Shown: one piece after another, positions 9,641 to 19,793 of the stretch
Numbering within the stretch: the first letter of the stretch is position 1
How the letters are laid out: the number at the start of each line of letters is the position of its first letter
Source of the DNA: an uncultured Actinomycetes bacterium
GTDB taxonomy: Bacteria; Actinomycetota; Thermoleophilia; UBA2241
Direction of reading: 5' to 3'
Assembly (NCBI GenBank): GCA_963709345.1
Contig: CAVPVX010000011.1
Location: 192,001-256,000, forward strand
DNA length: 64,000 bases
Made by a program: the position numbers and the translations under genes
The notes under the pieces: generated by a model
Database searches by the model: none
What the model saw: the letters and a program-made list of their open reading frames with translations, nothing else
What the model was told of the DNA's origin: nothing

Positions 9641-9678
9641 GAGAACGGCGGGCCGCCCTGCGGCGGCCCGCCGTTCTC
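9641..9678. terminator. Bidirectional hairpin between convergent operons
   Basis: GAGAACGGCGGGCCGCC-CTGC-GGCGGCCCGCCGTTCTC, perfect 17-bp stem. Confidence 0.75.
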
Positions 9679-9733
9679 CGCGTCTCCCCGGCGCTCGCGC
9701 GGGGAGGGCCTCGTCAGGACGACGGCGGGGACG

Positions 9734-10948
9734 TCACTTCGCCTTCGCCGCGGCCTTCTTCTCCTTGACCGGCTCGGTGCCGGGCTTGACGGCCATGTTG
9801 CGGTAGACCTGCTCCATGTCTTCGGCGGTGAACTTGCGCGGGTTGTTGTTCCAGAGCCGCGCCTGCGTGAGGGCGCCCTTGACCAGGTCCGGGATCGCCG
9901 ACTCGGGGATTCCGACCTCGTTCAGGTACTGCGGCACGCCGAGGTCGTCGGCCAGCGTGCGCAGCGCCTGCAGCGTGACCTCGCAACCCTCGCGGTCGCT
10001 CAGCCCTTCCATGTTCTCGCCCATGAGCTCGCCGATCTCGCGGAAGAACTGCGGGCAGGCCAGCATGTTGTACTCCATGACCCAGGGGAGCATGAGCGTG
10101 TTGGCGATGCCGTGCGGCACGTGGAACATGCCGCCGACCGGGTAGCTCATGGCGTGGACGGCGCCGACGCCGGCGTTGCCGAAGGCGATGCCGCCGAGCA
10201 GCGAGCCGATGGCCATGTTGTGGCGCGCCCAGGCGTTGGTCCCGTCGAAGACGGCGGTGCGGATGCTCTGGCTGATGAGCTTGATGCCCTCCGCGGCCAG
10301 CGGGTCGGTATGCATGGTGGCGTTGACCGAGATGTAGGCCTCGATGTTGTGGATGAGTGCGTCCATGCCGCTGGCGGCGGTGACGCCGGGCGGGCAGCTG
10401 TAGGTGAGCACGGGGTCGACCATGGCGATGTTGGGGATCAGGTGGGGGCTGACTACCCCCTGCTTCACATTGAGCTTCTCGTTGGCGAAGATGCCGATCG
10501 CGGTGACCTCGGTGCCCGTACCGGCCGTGGTCGGCACGGCGATGAACGGCAGCCCCTTCTTCGGCACCTGGTCGACGCCGACGTAGTCCTCGATGCGGTC
10601 GTCGGTGGGGGCGAGCACCGCGACCAGCTTGGCGACGTCGATGGCCGAGCCGCCGCCGAAGCCGACGATGAGGTCGTACTCGCCCTTCTTGGCGATGTCC
10701 ACGATCTTCTGGACGCTGCCCATGGGGGGCTCGGGGACGGCCTTGTCGCAGATGCCGACTTCCATACCCGCTTCACGCAGCGGGGCCTCGACGCTGTCCA
10801 CGGTGCCGCAGCAGGCCACGCCGGGGTCGGTGATGACGAGCACCTTGGTGGCGCGGAGCTTCTTCGCCTCGGCGCCGAGCTGCGCGACGCAACCGTTGCC
10901 GGTGATGAGCGTCTTGGGCGCCCGGTGGACGCGGATCTTGGTATCCAT
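9734..10948 (-). CDS. Iron-containing alcohol dehydrogenase (candidate 4-hydroxybutyrate dehydrogenase)
   Basis: GGGSAID, PTTAGTGTEVT, DALIHNIE, HAMSYPVGGMFHVPHG; substrate inferred from context. Confidence 0.9.
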   Translation of the reverse strand: MDTKIRVHRAPKTLITGNGCVAQLGAEAKKLRATKVLVITDPGVACCGTVDSVEAPLREAGMEVGICDKAVPEPPMGSVQKIVDIAKKGEYDLIVGFGGGSAIDVAKLVAVLAPTDDRIEDYVGVDQVPKKGLPFIAVPTTAGTGTEVTAIGIFANEKLNVKQGVVSPHLIPNIAMVDPVLTYSCPPGVTAASGMDALIHNIEAYISVNATMHTDPLAAEGIKLISQSIRTAVFDGTNAWARHNMAIGSLLGGIAFGNAGVGAVHAMSYPVGGMFHVPHGIANTLMLPWVMEYNMLACPQFFREIGELMGENMEGLSDREGCEVTLQALRTLADDLGVPQYLNEVGIPESAIPDLVKGALTQARLWNNNPRKFTAEDMEQVYRNMAVKPGTEPVKEKKAAAKAK

Positions 10949-10974
10949 GGCTCTTCTCTCCTCCGTTGTGACTG

Positions 10975-12285
10975 CTATCTCGTGAAGCGGCCGGGCCCGT
11001 AGACGGCGGCCGCCTCCTCGCGAATCTGGTCTCTGAATGCCGGGTCGGCGATCTCCAGCAGGGCTTCGGCACGCTGCCGCAGCCCCAGGCCGCGCAGGTG
11101 GGCGATGCCGTGCTCGGTGACGATGTAATCGACGTCGGCGCGCATCGTGGTGACGGCGGTGCCGGGGGCGAGGGCGGCGGCGATGCGCGACACCGTCCCC
11201 TTCTTCGCCGTGCTCGGCAGAGCGATGATCGCCTTGCCGTCGCGGCTGCGCGCGGCGCCGCGGACGAAGTCGACCTGGCCGCCGATGCCGGTGAACTGCG
11301 TCGCGCCCATCGTGTCGGCCACGACCTGCCCCATGACGTCGACCTGGAGGGCGGAGTTGATGGCGACGACGCGGTCGTTCTGGCCGATCAGGTACGGGTC
11401 GTTCGTGATGTTGACCGGGAACATGTTGACGGCCGGGTTGTCGTCGACGAAGTCGTAGAGACGGCGGGTCCCCATGAGGAAGGTCGCCGCTATCTTGTCG
11501 CGGTTGATCGCCTTGTTGCGGTTGGTGATCACGCCCTCGTTGTAGAGGTCGACGACGCCCTCGCTGAACATCTCGCTGTGGATGCCGAGGTCGTTCTTCT
11601 CGTGCAGGAAGGCGAGGACGGCGTCGGGGATCGCGCCGATACCGAGCTGCAGGCAGGCCCCGTCGTCGATGAGGCCGGCGATGTGCCTGCCGATGGCCTC
11701 TTCGACGGGGCCGATCCTGGGCGGCTGCAGTTCGATGATGTCCTGCTCCGTCTCGACGATGAAGTCGAGCTCGGAGACATGGATGAAGGAGTCGCCGTGG
11801 GTACGCGGCATCTTCGGGTTGACCTGCGCGACGACGGTCCGGGCGACCTGGGCCGCCGGCTTCGTGTAGTCCACGGAGATGCCGAAGGAGCAGAAGCCGT
11901 GCTTGTCCGGCGGCGAGACGTGGACGAGGACGACGTCCGGCGGCAGGTAGCCCTCGCAGAAGAGCCTGGGGATCTCGCTGAAGAAGACGGGGATGTAGTC
12001 GCCGCGGCCGTCCTTCACGGCTTCGCGTGAGGACGCGCCGACGAAGAGCGACTGGTGGAAGAAGGAGTCGGCGTACTCCGGCCGGCAGTACTCGCCGTTG
12101 CCCATCGCGACCATGTGGTTGATCTCGACGTTCTCGAGCTCGCCGGCCCGGGCGACCAGCGCGTCGACGAGCTCGAGCGGCTCGCCGCAGGCGTGCGCGA
12201 ACACGACGCGGTCGCCTGACCTCACGCACTGCATGGCCTCGGCGGCGGTGACGTGCTTGCCGGCGTAGTCGGTGTTCCAGTCCAT
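10975..12285 (-). CDS. Acetyl-CoA hydrolase/transferase family, 4-hydroxybutyrate CoA-transferase (Cat2/AbfT-like)
   Basis: LQLGIGAIPDAV, DLGIHSEM, GIGGQVDFVRGA, VTEHGIA. Confidence 0.9.
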   Translation of the reverse strand: MDWNTDYAGKHVTAAEAMQCVRSGDRVVFAHACGEPLELVDALVARAGELENVEINHMVAMGNGEYCRPEYADSFFHQSLFVGASSREAVKDGRGDYIPVFFSEIPRLFCEGYLPPDVVLVHVSPPDKHGFCSFGISVDYTKPAAQVARTVVAQVNPKMPRTHGDSFIHVSELDFIVETEQDIIELQPPRIGPVEEAIGRHIAGLIDDGACLQLGIGAIPDAVLAFLHEKNDLGIHSEMFSEGVVDLYNEGVITNRNKAINRDKIAATFLMGTRRLYDFVDDNPAVNMFPVNITNDPYLIGQNDRVVAINSALQVDVMGQVVADTMGATQFTGIGGQVDFVRGAARSRDGKAIIALPSTAKKGTVSRIAAALAPGTAVTTMRADVDYIVTEHGIAHLRGLGLRQRAEALLEIADPAFRDQIREEAAAVYGPGRFTR

Positions 12286-12287
12286 CT

Positions 12288-12584
12288 CTAGTGCTCCTTG
12301 AGCTTGCGCATGATGGCGGGCGCGAGCTCGTCCTGCGGCGTGGGAACGCCGTCGACGAGCTCGCCGGCGACGACCACCGCGGTGGGGTCGTCGCTGGTGA
12401 GCATCTGGTTCGACGCGCACGCGCGGGAGCAGCCGCTCAGGTGCACGGTCGCTCCCGGGCGTAGGTCCGGATCGTCGGCGGGCAGCTCGGCGGCGACTGC
12501 CGTGCGGTCGATCTGCGGGTTGCAGCCGCCGCAGTACGCGACCTTCACGCGCTTCCCGTCGTCCGCTGTGCCCTCGCCGGTCAT
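12288..12584 (-). CDS. Small Cys-rich hypothetical protein
   Basis: YCGGCNP and LSGCSRAC motifs; tightly packed between abfD and the CoA transferase. Confidence 0.75.
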   Translation of the reverse strand: MTGEGTADDGKRVKVAYCGGCNPQIDRTAVAAELPADDPDLRPGATVHLSGCSRACASNQMLTSDDPTAVVVAGELVDGVPTPQDELAPAIMRKLKEH

Positions 12585-12588
12585 CGAG

Positions 12589-14099
12589 TCAGTCGGCGGC
12601 CACCGCCGTGGGCCTCTTGATCCGCTCCTTGTCCCACGGCTTGCCGACCTCGGCGATGGCCTTGGCCAGCTCCTTCTTGTGGTTCAGGTTGGACTGGCGC
12701 GCGATCATGATGCGCTGCGCCTGCGGCGAGCCGGCGCCGTGCATGCTCTCGGTGAGGTAGCCCACGGCCGCCGCGCCCAGAGTGAGGTTCTCGACCAGGC
12801 GCAGTATCCGCATGCGGTCGATGGTCGGTCGTGTCGCAGTTGCGCCGACCAGGTACTTCTTCACGATGGGGCCGACCTTGGGGTCGGCCAGATCCTGGGC
12901 CGACGGCATCGTGACCATCAGGCCCCCGGCGATGTCCTGCGGCGAGGCGCGCGATCTCGTAGGGGAAGCGGGTCACGTTCTGCTTGTGACGTTGGCCAGC
13001 AGCAGGTCGATCTAGGTAGTTGCCGGCCGGCATCTTCCGCCCTCGGCTGAGCAGGCGATGCCGCAGGCGAACATCGTCTCGTTGAGGTGGGTCATCTCGA
13101 CGATCTTGTCCTTGATGTGCGCTGGCCTTGGCGACGCCGTTCATCTCGGCGGCGACGGCGGCCGCGCCGATGAGCACGTCGCCCACGCCGACCTTGCAGC
13201 CGCCGTAGCTCTGACCGGTGATAGCCGGCGAAGCGCTCGACCAGCGGACCGGCGAACTCGACCTCGCCGCACAGGAAGACGTGGTCCCATGGGACGAAGA
13301 CGTCCTCGAAGACCATCAGTGCTTCCTGCCCGCCGAAGTTGGACGTTGCCGATGTCGAGGTCGTTGCCCTCGAGCTTGCGCGTGTCGCAGGTCTGGCGGC
13401 CGTAGATGTAGGTACACGCCCTCGGCGTTCGCCGGGCAGGCGAAGCTGACGGCGTAGTCCTCGTCGCCCTCGCGCATGGCGATGGTCGGCATGACGACGA
13501 TCTCGTGCGAGTTGCAGGCGCCCGGTCTGGTGCGCCTTGGCGCCGCGCACGACGATGCCGTCGTCGCGCTTCTCGACGACGTGCAGGTACATGTCGGGGT
13601 CGGGCTGCTGGTGTGGCGGCAGGCTGCGGTCGCCCTTGGGGTCGGTCATGGCGCCGTCGGCGACGAGGTCGTTGTCCTGCAGGTACTGGACGTACCTCCG
13701 GAACCGCGCGTGATACTCCGTGCCCAGTTGGCCTGGTCGATCTCGTAGGTGACCGACCAGAGCGCGTTGAGGGCGTCCATGCCGACGCAGCGCTGGAAGC
13801 AGGAGCCGGTCTTCTGGCCCAGCAGCCGCAGCATCTTGACCTTGTTCAGCAGGTCGTCGGTGGACTGGTGCAGATTGGTGAACCGGTTGACCTTCTTGCC
13901 GGTCAGGTGGCTCGTCGCCAGCATGAGGTCTTCGTGCTCGGGCGTGCTGCGCCAGTTCGTAGGTCATGGCGATGCAGTTGATGCTGGGCCGTATGAGCGG
14001 GTGGTTGACGTAATCGTCGATCCGCTCGCCGAACAGATAGACCTGCAGGTGCAGGTCGGCGAGGCTCTGGATGAACTCCTCGGGTGTCTTGAGAGCCAT
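12589..14099 (-). CDS. abfD: 4-hydroxybutyryl-CoA dehydratase (HpaB-like fold), interrupted by several frameshifts
   Basis: Pieces in three frames: MALKTPEEF, GQKTGSCFQRCVGMDA, GAMTDPKGDRS, GAKAHQTG, FAGYHR, TESMHGAGSPQAQRI. Confidence 0.88.
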
Positions 14100-14281
14100 G
14101 CGGTGCACTCCTTCCTGGCGCCCTCGGGTGGTCGGGCGCTGCGCTGGCTTGCAGGCACGGGCGCGCGCATGGGCGGGAGCGCTCGCGCGTTGGTTCGCTC
14201 CGGCGGGGCGCGGACGGCTCGCGATCGACCGTGTGACGCTCGGCGCCCTCGTGGATTCAACTATAGGAGCGCCTCCGGCGT

Positions 14282-14342
14282 TAGTCAATTAGTGACTAGG
14301 AGTCGCCAATTCCGGGGGTAGTTCTTGTACCTCTTGTACAAG
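14282..14342. promoter_or_regulatory. Two palindromic operator candidates in the divergent abfD/gdhA region
   Basis: TAGTCA-N5-TGACTA (14282-14298) and CTTGTAC-N5-GTACAAG (14324-14342) in an AT-rich patch. Confidence 0.55.
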
Positions 14343-14632
14343 GCAAAGAGCGACCGGATGGCGTGTTCGGAAGGATATGCGCCGCCATCGCAGCCGAGAC
14401 GGCAGTGTCGCGGTGGCGTCAGAGAGCGCCCCGATGCTCCAGAGTGTACCAAGTGGCGCACGATGGCCGGAGAGGTTTGGCCCGAATGGCGACTGCGAGG
14501 TGGCTCGCGAGGGCGTATACTCCGGGCGCTCCGCGCCATCGTGCGCCGCCGCCGTGTCGCGCGCGTCCGCGCGGGGCTCTTTGAGGAGCCCAGGATCACC
14601 CAGACCTGCATCGCCTACGTGGAGGGCACTAC

Positions 14633-15994
14633 ATGAGCGCATTCGTCGACGAATTCATGGCCGAACTCACGGCCAAGAACCCCGCTGAGCCCGAGTTCCA
14701 CCAGGCCGTCCTCGAGGTGGCCGAGTCTCTCGAGGCCGTCCTCGACAAGAACCCCAAGTACCGCGAGGCCAAGGTCCTTGAGCGCATCGCCGAGCCGGAG
14801 CGGGTCATCATGTTCCGCGTTCCCTGGGTCGACGACAAGGGCGAGATCCAGCTCAACAAGGGCTACCGCGTCGAGATGAACAGCGCCATCGGCCCGTACA
14901 AGGGCGGCCTGCGCTTCCACCCCAGCGTGTACCTCGGCCTCCTCAAGTTCCTCGCCTTCGAGCAGGTCTTCAAGAACTCGCTGACGACGCTGCCCATGGG
15001 CGGCGGCAAGGGCGGCGCGAACTTCGACCCCAAGGGCAAGAGCGACCGCGAGGTCATGGCCTTCTGCCAGAGTTTCATGACCGAGCTCAGCCGCCACATC
15101 GGCGACCGCACCGACATCCCCGCCGGCGACATCGGCGTCGGCGGCCGTGAGATCGGCTTCATGTTCGGCCAGTACAAGCGCATCCGCAACGAGTTCGTCG
15201 GCGTGCTCACCGGCAAGGGTATCGAGTTCGGCGGGTCGCTCATCCGCCCCGAGGCCACCGGCTACGGCGCCGTGTACTTCGCCGCGGAGATGCTCACCAC
15301 GCGCAGCGAGACGCTCGAGGGCAAGACCTGCCTCGTCAGCGGCTCCGGCAACGTCGCCCAGTACGCCACCGAGAAGATCCTCGACCTCGGCGGCAAGCCC
15401 GTCACGCTGAGTGACTCCGGCGGCTACATCTACGACGAGGCCGGCATCGACCGCGAGAAGCTCGCCTTCGTGCTCGAGCTCAAGAACGTCAAGCGTGGCC
15501 GCATCCAGGAGTACGCCGACAAGTACGCGAGCGCCGTCTTCACGCCGCGGGACGACAGCAAGGACCACAATCCGCTGTGGGACCACAAGGCGGACTGTGC
15601 CTTCCCCTGCGCCACGCAGAACGAGATCAACGCCAAGGACGCCCGGAACCTCGTGGACAACGGCGTGTACCTGGTCTCCGAGGGCGCCAACATGCCGACG
15701 GTGCCCGAGGGCGTCAACCTCTTCGTCGACAAGAAGCTCCTCTACGGCCCCGGCAAGGCCGCCAACGCCGGCGGCGTCGCGACCTCCGGTCTCGAGCAGT
15801 CGCAGAACAGCCTGCGCCTCAGCTGGACGCGCGAGGAAGTGGACGCCCGTCTGCACGGCATCATGAAGAGCATCCACAAGCAGTGCGTCGACGCGGCCGC
15901 CGCCTACGGGGTCGAGGGCAACTACGTGGCGGGCGCCAACATCGCCGGCTTCCTCAAGGTCGCCAACGCGATGATGGCCCAGGGCGTCGTCTGA
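14633..15994 (+). CDS. gdhA: NADP-type glutamate dehydrogenase
   Basis: GPYKGGLRFHP, MGGGKGG, PAGDIGVG, RPEATGYG, GSGNVA, KAANAGGV. Confidence 0.96.
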   Translation: MSAFVDEFMAELTAKNPAEPEFHQAVLEVAESLEAVLDKNPKYREAKVLERIAEPERVIMFRVPWVDDKGEIQLNKGYRVEMNSAIGPYKGGLRFHPSVYLGLLKFLAFEQVFKNSLTTLPMGGGKGGANFDPKGKSDREVMAFCQSFMTELSRHIGDRTDIPAGDIGVGGREIGFMFGQYKRIRNEFVGVLTGKGIEFGGSLIRPEATGYGAVYFAAEMLTTRSETLEGKTCLVSGSGNVAQYATEKILDLGGKPVTLSDSGGYIYDEAGIDREKLAFVLELKNVKRGRIQEYADKYASAVFTPRDDSKDHNPLWDHKADCAFPCATQNEINAKDARNLVDNGVYLVSEGANMPTVPEGVNLFVDKKLLYGPGKAANAGGVATSGLEQSQNSLRLSWTREEVDARLHGIMKSIHKQCVDAAAAYGVEGNYVAGANIAGFLKVANAMMAQGVV

Positions 15995-16125
15995 TCCGGC
16001 TGCATCGCGCAGCGGCGTTTTGCGGCGCTTCGCTCACGGGTACGTACCCAAGCGACGCCGGCCATGAATGACCCAGTACATCCCGTGGCGGGCCATCCCG
16101 CCGCAGGATGAAAGGAGCGGCAAGC

Positions 16126-16467
16126 ATGAAGAAGATCGAGTGCTACATCCAGCCGTACAACCTCGACACGGTGGCCGAGGCTCTCGCGGTCGAGGGCGTG
16201 CTCGGCATGTCGGTCGCCGAGATCAAGGGCTTCGGCGTCCAGAAGGGCTTCATCCGCGACGAGGACGTCCAGCCCGGCCAGTTCCGCTTTCACCCCAAGA
16301 TGAAGGTCGAGATGGTCGTGCTCGAGAAGGACGTCGAGCGCATCATCGCGGCGATCAACGCGTCGCTCAAGAGCAACCAGATCGGCGAGGGCAAGATCTT
16401 CGTCACGCCGGTCGACGACGCCGTGCGCACGCGCACCGGCGAGCGCGGGCGCGACGCGATCAAGTAG
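16126..16467 (+). CDS. P-II family nitrogen regulator with an atypical T-loop
   Basis: MKKIECYIQP, KGFGVQKG, PKMKVE, IGEGKIFVTPVDDAVRTRTGERG. Confidence 0.9.
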   Translation: MKKIECYIQPYNLDTVAEALAVEGVLGMSVAEIKGFGVQKGFIRDEDVQPGQFRFHPKMKVEMVVLEKDVERIIAAINASLKSNQIGEGKIFVTPVDDAVRTRTGERGRDAIK

Positions 16468-16509
16468 TCGCCGGGCGGCCGCGAGGCCGCCGTTGCGACG
16501 CAGTGGAGA

Positions 16510-16547
16510 CGAGGGGCCCGGGCCCGCTTCGGCGCCCGGGCCCCTCG
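16510..16547 (+). terminator. Intrinsic terminator-like hairpin
   Basis: CGAGGGGCCCGGGC...GCCCGGGCCCCTCG followed by a pyrimidine-rich tail. Confidence 0.65.
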
Positions 16548-17227
16548 CCCTCGTTCTTTCCCGTCGCGCGCGCGAGCGCCGCACGCCTGCGTGAGAACGA
16601 TGAAGTTTTCCGGAGCTTCGTGTTGCGCCGCGAGCGCTCAGACGCTAAAGTGCCCCAAAGGACGTGCCCGGACGGGCGTCCGACGGCGTGGCAGCCGGCT
16701 TCGCACGCGAGCGGCGAGCCCAGGAGGCTCGTGCGGCTCCTGCGCCGGGCCGGCGATGCGTCACCACGGTGGAGGGGGAACCTGGCCCATCCGGTCACCC
16801 ACCACCAGGCATCACAGGTAACAAGGGGGGAGGTGGGTGCTGCTGCCGGAGAAGGAAAGTCGTGGCTCGCGTTGTAGAGTGATACCTGACAGAGTCGATC
16901 TGGAGGTCATCCGACCTTGAGAGCCCCCCACCCATGCCACGCGCGATCTGTGCTGTTTGGCGTTGGACTCGGCACACCGGTCGTTATAGAGTGTGAAGTT
17001 GTGTGGAGCAGTAGACACAGGGGGCGTCCCGCGTGTTCGTGCAGCGGCGCGCGGAACGGCGAAACAGGGCCGGCACATGGCCCCGACTCAGGCGGGTAAG
17101 GCTCCGCAAGCAAGCCTAGGAGGTGGTCGTGTCGTGAGAAACACATGCGTCCCCGTGGGATCTCGGTCCCACGTCAAGGTCAAATTGGCTGAAAGCCATC
17201 GTAGTGAACCAATCAGGAGGTCGTAAC

Positions 17228-19603
17228 ATGCAGCAAACGAAACGACGGAGTAAGAAGGGTCTGACTCTTCTTGCGTTGGCGATCGCCCTGTTGGTTGTGG
17301 CGATTGTGCCGGCCGGCGCGATGGGCGCAACGGCCAACGGCGTACTCGAGCCGGGTCTCGTTCTCGACGGCGCCGATGGCCAGGGTGGTCACGTCTGGTT
17401 CGGCGCCACCACCGACCCCGTCGACGGCTATTACAGTCCTTGGTACAACGATGCCCTGGAGGCGAGCTGGAACGGCATCGTCATCGAGCCGGTCTACGGC
17501 GGCGGCGTCATCGACGTCCTCGCCATCAACTGGATCATCGACGGCGACGCTGCTGGCCACGCGTTCAGCTACGTGCATCCGGGCGGACCGCCGCAGTACG
17601 TGAGCTTCGGCGCCGCTAGCCATCCCTCGGAAGGCCTGCACACCATCGACAGCTGGCTGCAGGAGACCACTGCGACGGCGCACGTGCTCGTCCGCAAGGC
17701 GACCGTCACCGACACGTTCGGCATCGACCAGACGGATCCCGAGTGGCAGCACGTGACCATCGACGAGGACTGCTACTACAACATCCCGGTCGAGTTCAGC
17801 GCCATCGCGTCTGATGACTACGGCTCGGGTGTGGCTCCTACTCCCACCGCTACGTGGACCGACCCAGTGGACGGCGCCATGGTCGCTGACGGCGTTCCGC
17901 TCACCTGGAACAAGTGGATCGTACGAAGTGACCGGCACGGTCAATCCTGTGGGCCATCCCTTCTACGGAACGGTCCCGGTCGTCTTCACCGCCACCGACA
18001 TGGTCGGCAACGTCAACGTTGACCAGTACGATGTCAACTTCGACCTGGTGGCCCCGGATACGTCCTACAAGGTCACCCCGGCCGGCTCCGATAACCAGAC
18101 CGGCTGGACCAACCAGCCCGTCACCGTGGACTTCACGGCGACCGACATCGGCGGCGCGGGCGTCGACTACACCGAGTACATCGTCAAGACGTCGGACACG
18201 ACGGCTCCGCCGGCGACTCCGGGTATCGACGAGTCCGGTACGAAGGGCAACTCGGTCGTCATCAACGAGACCGCCCCCATCGGCCCGAACTACGTGTACT
18301 ACCGCTCCGTCGACGCCGCTTGCCCCGAGGGCAACAAGGAAGCCTGGAAGCTCGTCATGGTCTTCTTTGACGACGTCGCTCCCGCCATGTCCGACGATAC
18401 TCCGGACTGGTGGATCAACAACAGCCTGCTCGACGGTTTCGACATGTGGGGCGAGATCGGCATCACGGCGTCCGATCACAACAGCGGCATTGCTCCTCCC
18501 GGCATCGAATGGGAGCTGGTCGGTCATCCGCTGCATCTACGGTAGCGGCATGGGTCCGACAATCTATGTCCCGATCCTGGCGCTCGGTATCGCTGACGGC
18601 ATCCGCGACTTCACGTACACCGCGACCGACAAGGCCGGCAACGTGGCCAACGGCGGCAACCGAGGTCAAGATCGACACCCGTGGTCCCGTCACCGACGGC
18701 GACTGCCGGCTGGGTCAACGGTCTTGAGCCGTACGTGCTCACCGCCACCGATCAGGTTCCGGGTTCGGGCGTCGCTGCGACCGTGTACCGCGTCGACCAG
18801 GCCACTCCGTGGTCCATCAACGAGGCCGGCGTCGTGGCTCCCACGCTCGATGACCGAGATCATGCTCACCGGTGGCCACGGCTCCATGCACACCATCGAC
18901 TTCGCGTCGGTGGATGCGGCGCTGCCGTTCTACTACGACGCAGCTACGTACATGACGCCGAGCTGGCACTACGGCAACTGGGAACTCGACGTTCTCAACC
19001 TGCTCACGACCGGGCTCGGTCTACAAGAGCCGCACCGTCACGCTCGACATCACGGCTCCTGAGGTCATGCTCGCCGATCCGGTTCAGCCTGACTGGCAGA
19101 AGGTCCCCGCGACCCTCAACTTCACGGGTACTGACGTGGGTTCGGGCTACGACTACACCGAGTGGAGCACCGACGGCGGCGCCACCGTCAACAAGGGCGA
19201 AGTCGCCCAGATCGGCGGCAACGGCGTCATCACCGTGAACTACCGCGGTGTGGACAAGGTGGGCATCAGGTCCGCCTGGAAGGCCACGACGGTCACGGTC
19301 GCCACGACTCGCCCGAGCGTCAAGGCCAGCAACGTGACCGTCAAGAAGGGCAAGAAGGCCAAGTTCCGCTTCAACATCACCGCGGTCACGCCGACGGCCA
19401 CCAGCGTCGTCATCGAGATCCGCACCAGGGCCGGCAAGACCGTCAGCACGCACCGTTATGCCAACGTGAAGACGAACTCCGACCAGTCGCGCCGCTTCAG
19501 GGTCAACCTGAAGAAGGGCAAGTACCTCGTCCGCATCAGCGCCGTCGATGCAGCGGGTAACATCCAGGCCAAGCGTGGTACCGCGACGTTGAGCGTGAAG
19601 TAA
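17228..19603 (+). CDS. Large secreted Ig-like repeat surface protein 1 (frameshifted)
   Basis: RBS AGGAGG; signal peptide MQQTKRRSKKGLTLLALAIAL; repeated TATD..SGV...Y and D.AGN units across four or more frames; basic C-terminal domain. Confidence 0.8.
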
Positions 19604-19638
19604 GTCACGACCGCCTTCGAACCTGAAGGTAGCTGCAG

Positions 19639-19668
19639 TGGGCGGGGCGCCGAAAGGCGCCCCGCCCA
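19639..19668 (+). terminator. Intrinsic terminator
   Basis: TGGGCGGGGCGCC-GAAA-GGCGCCCCGCCCA followed by TTTCT. Confidence 0.8.
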
Positions 19669-19793
19669 TTTCTGCGTTCGGAATGGGTCCGCCGCTGCGC
19701 GTCGAACTTGTCTTATGGCGCTCGTGTGCGTAGGACTACTGTAAGTGACCGTCGGCGTTGCGCTCGCCGGCCCACCCGTACTGGAGGTAGCGC

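Noticed and set aside
12589-14099. Programmed frameshifting or true pseudogene for abfD; also a 4-hydroxyphenylacetate hydroxylase call
   Set aside because: Indels are numerous, lack slippery sites and resemble sequencing errors; the CFQRC motif and gene context indicate AbfD
16560-17227. Known riboswitch (c-di-GMP, c-di-AMP, SAM, T-box) or tRNA
   Set aside because: No consensus core recognised by eye; kept only as an unclassified structured leader
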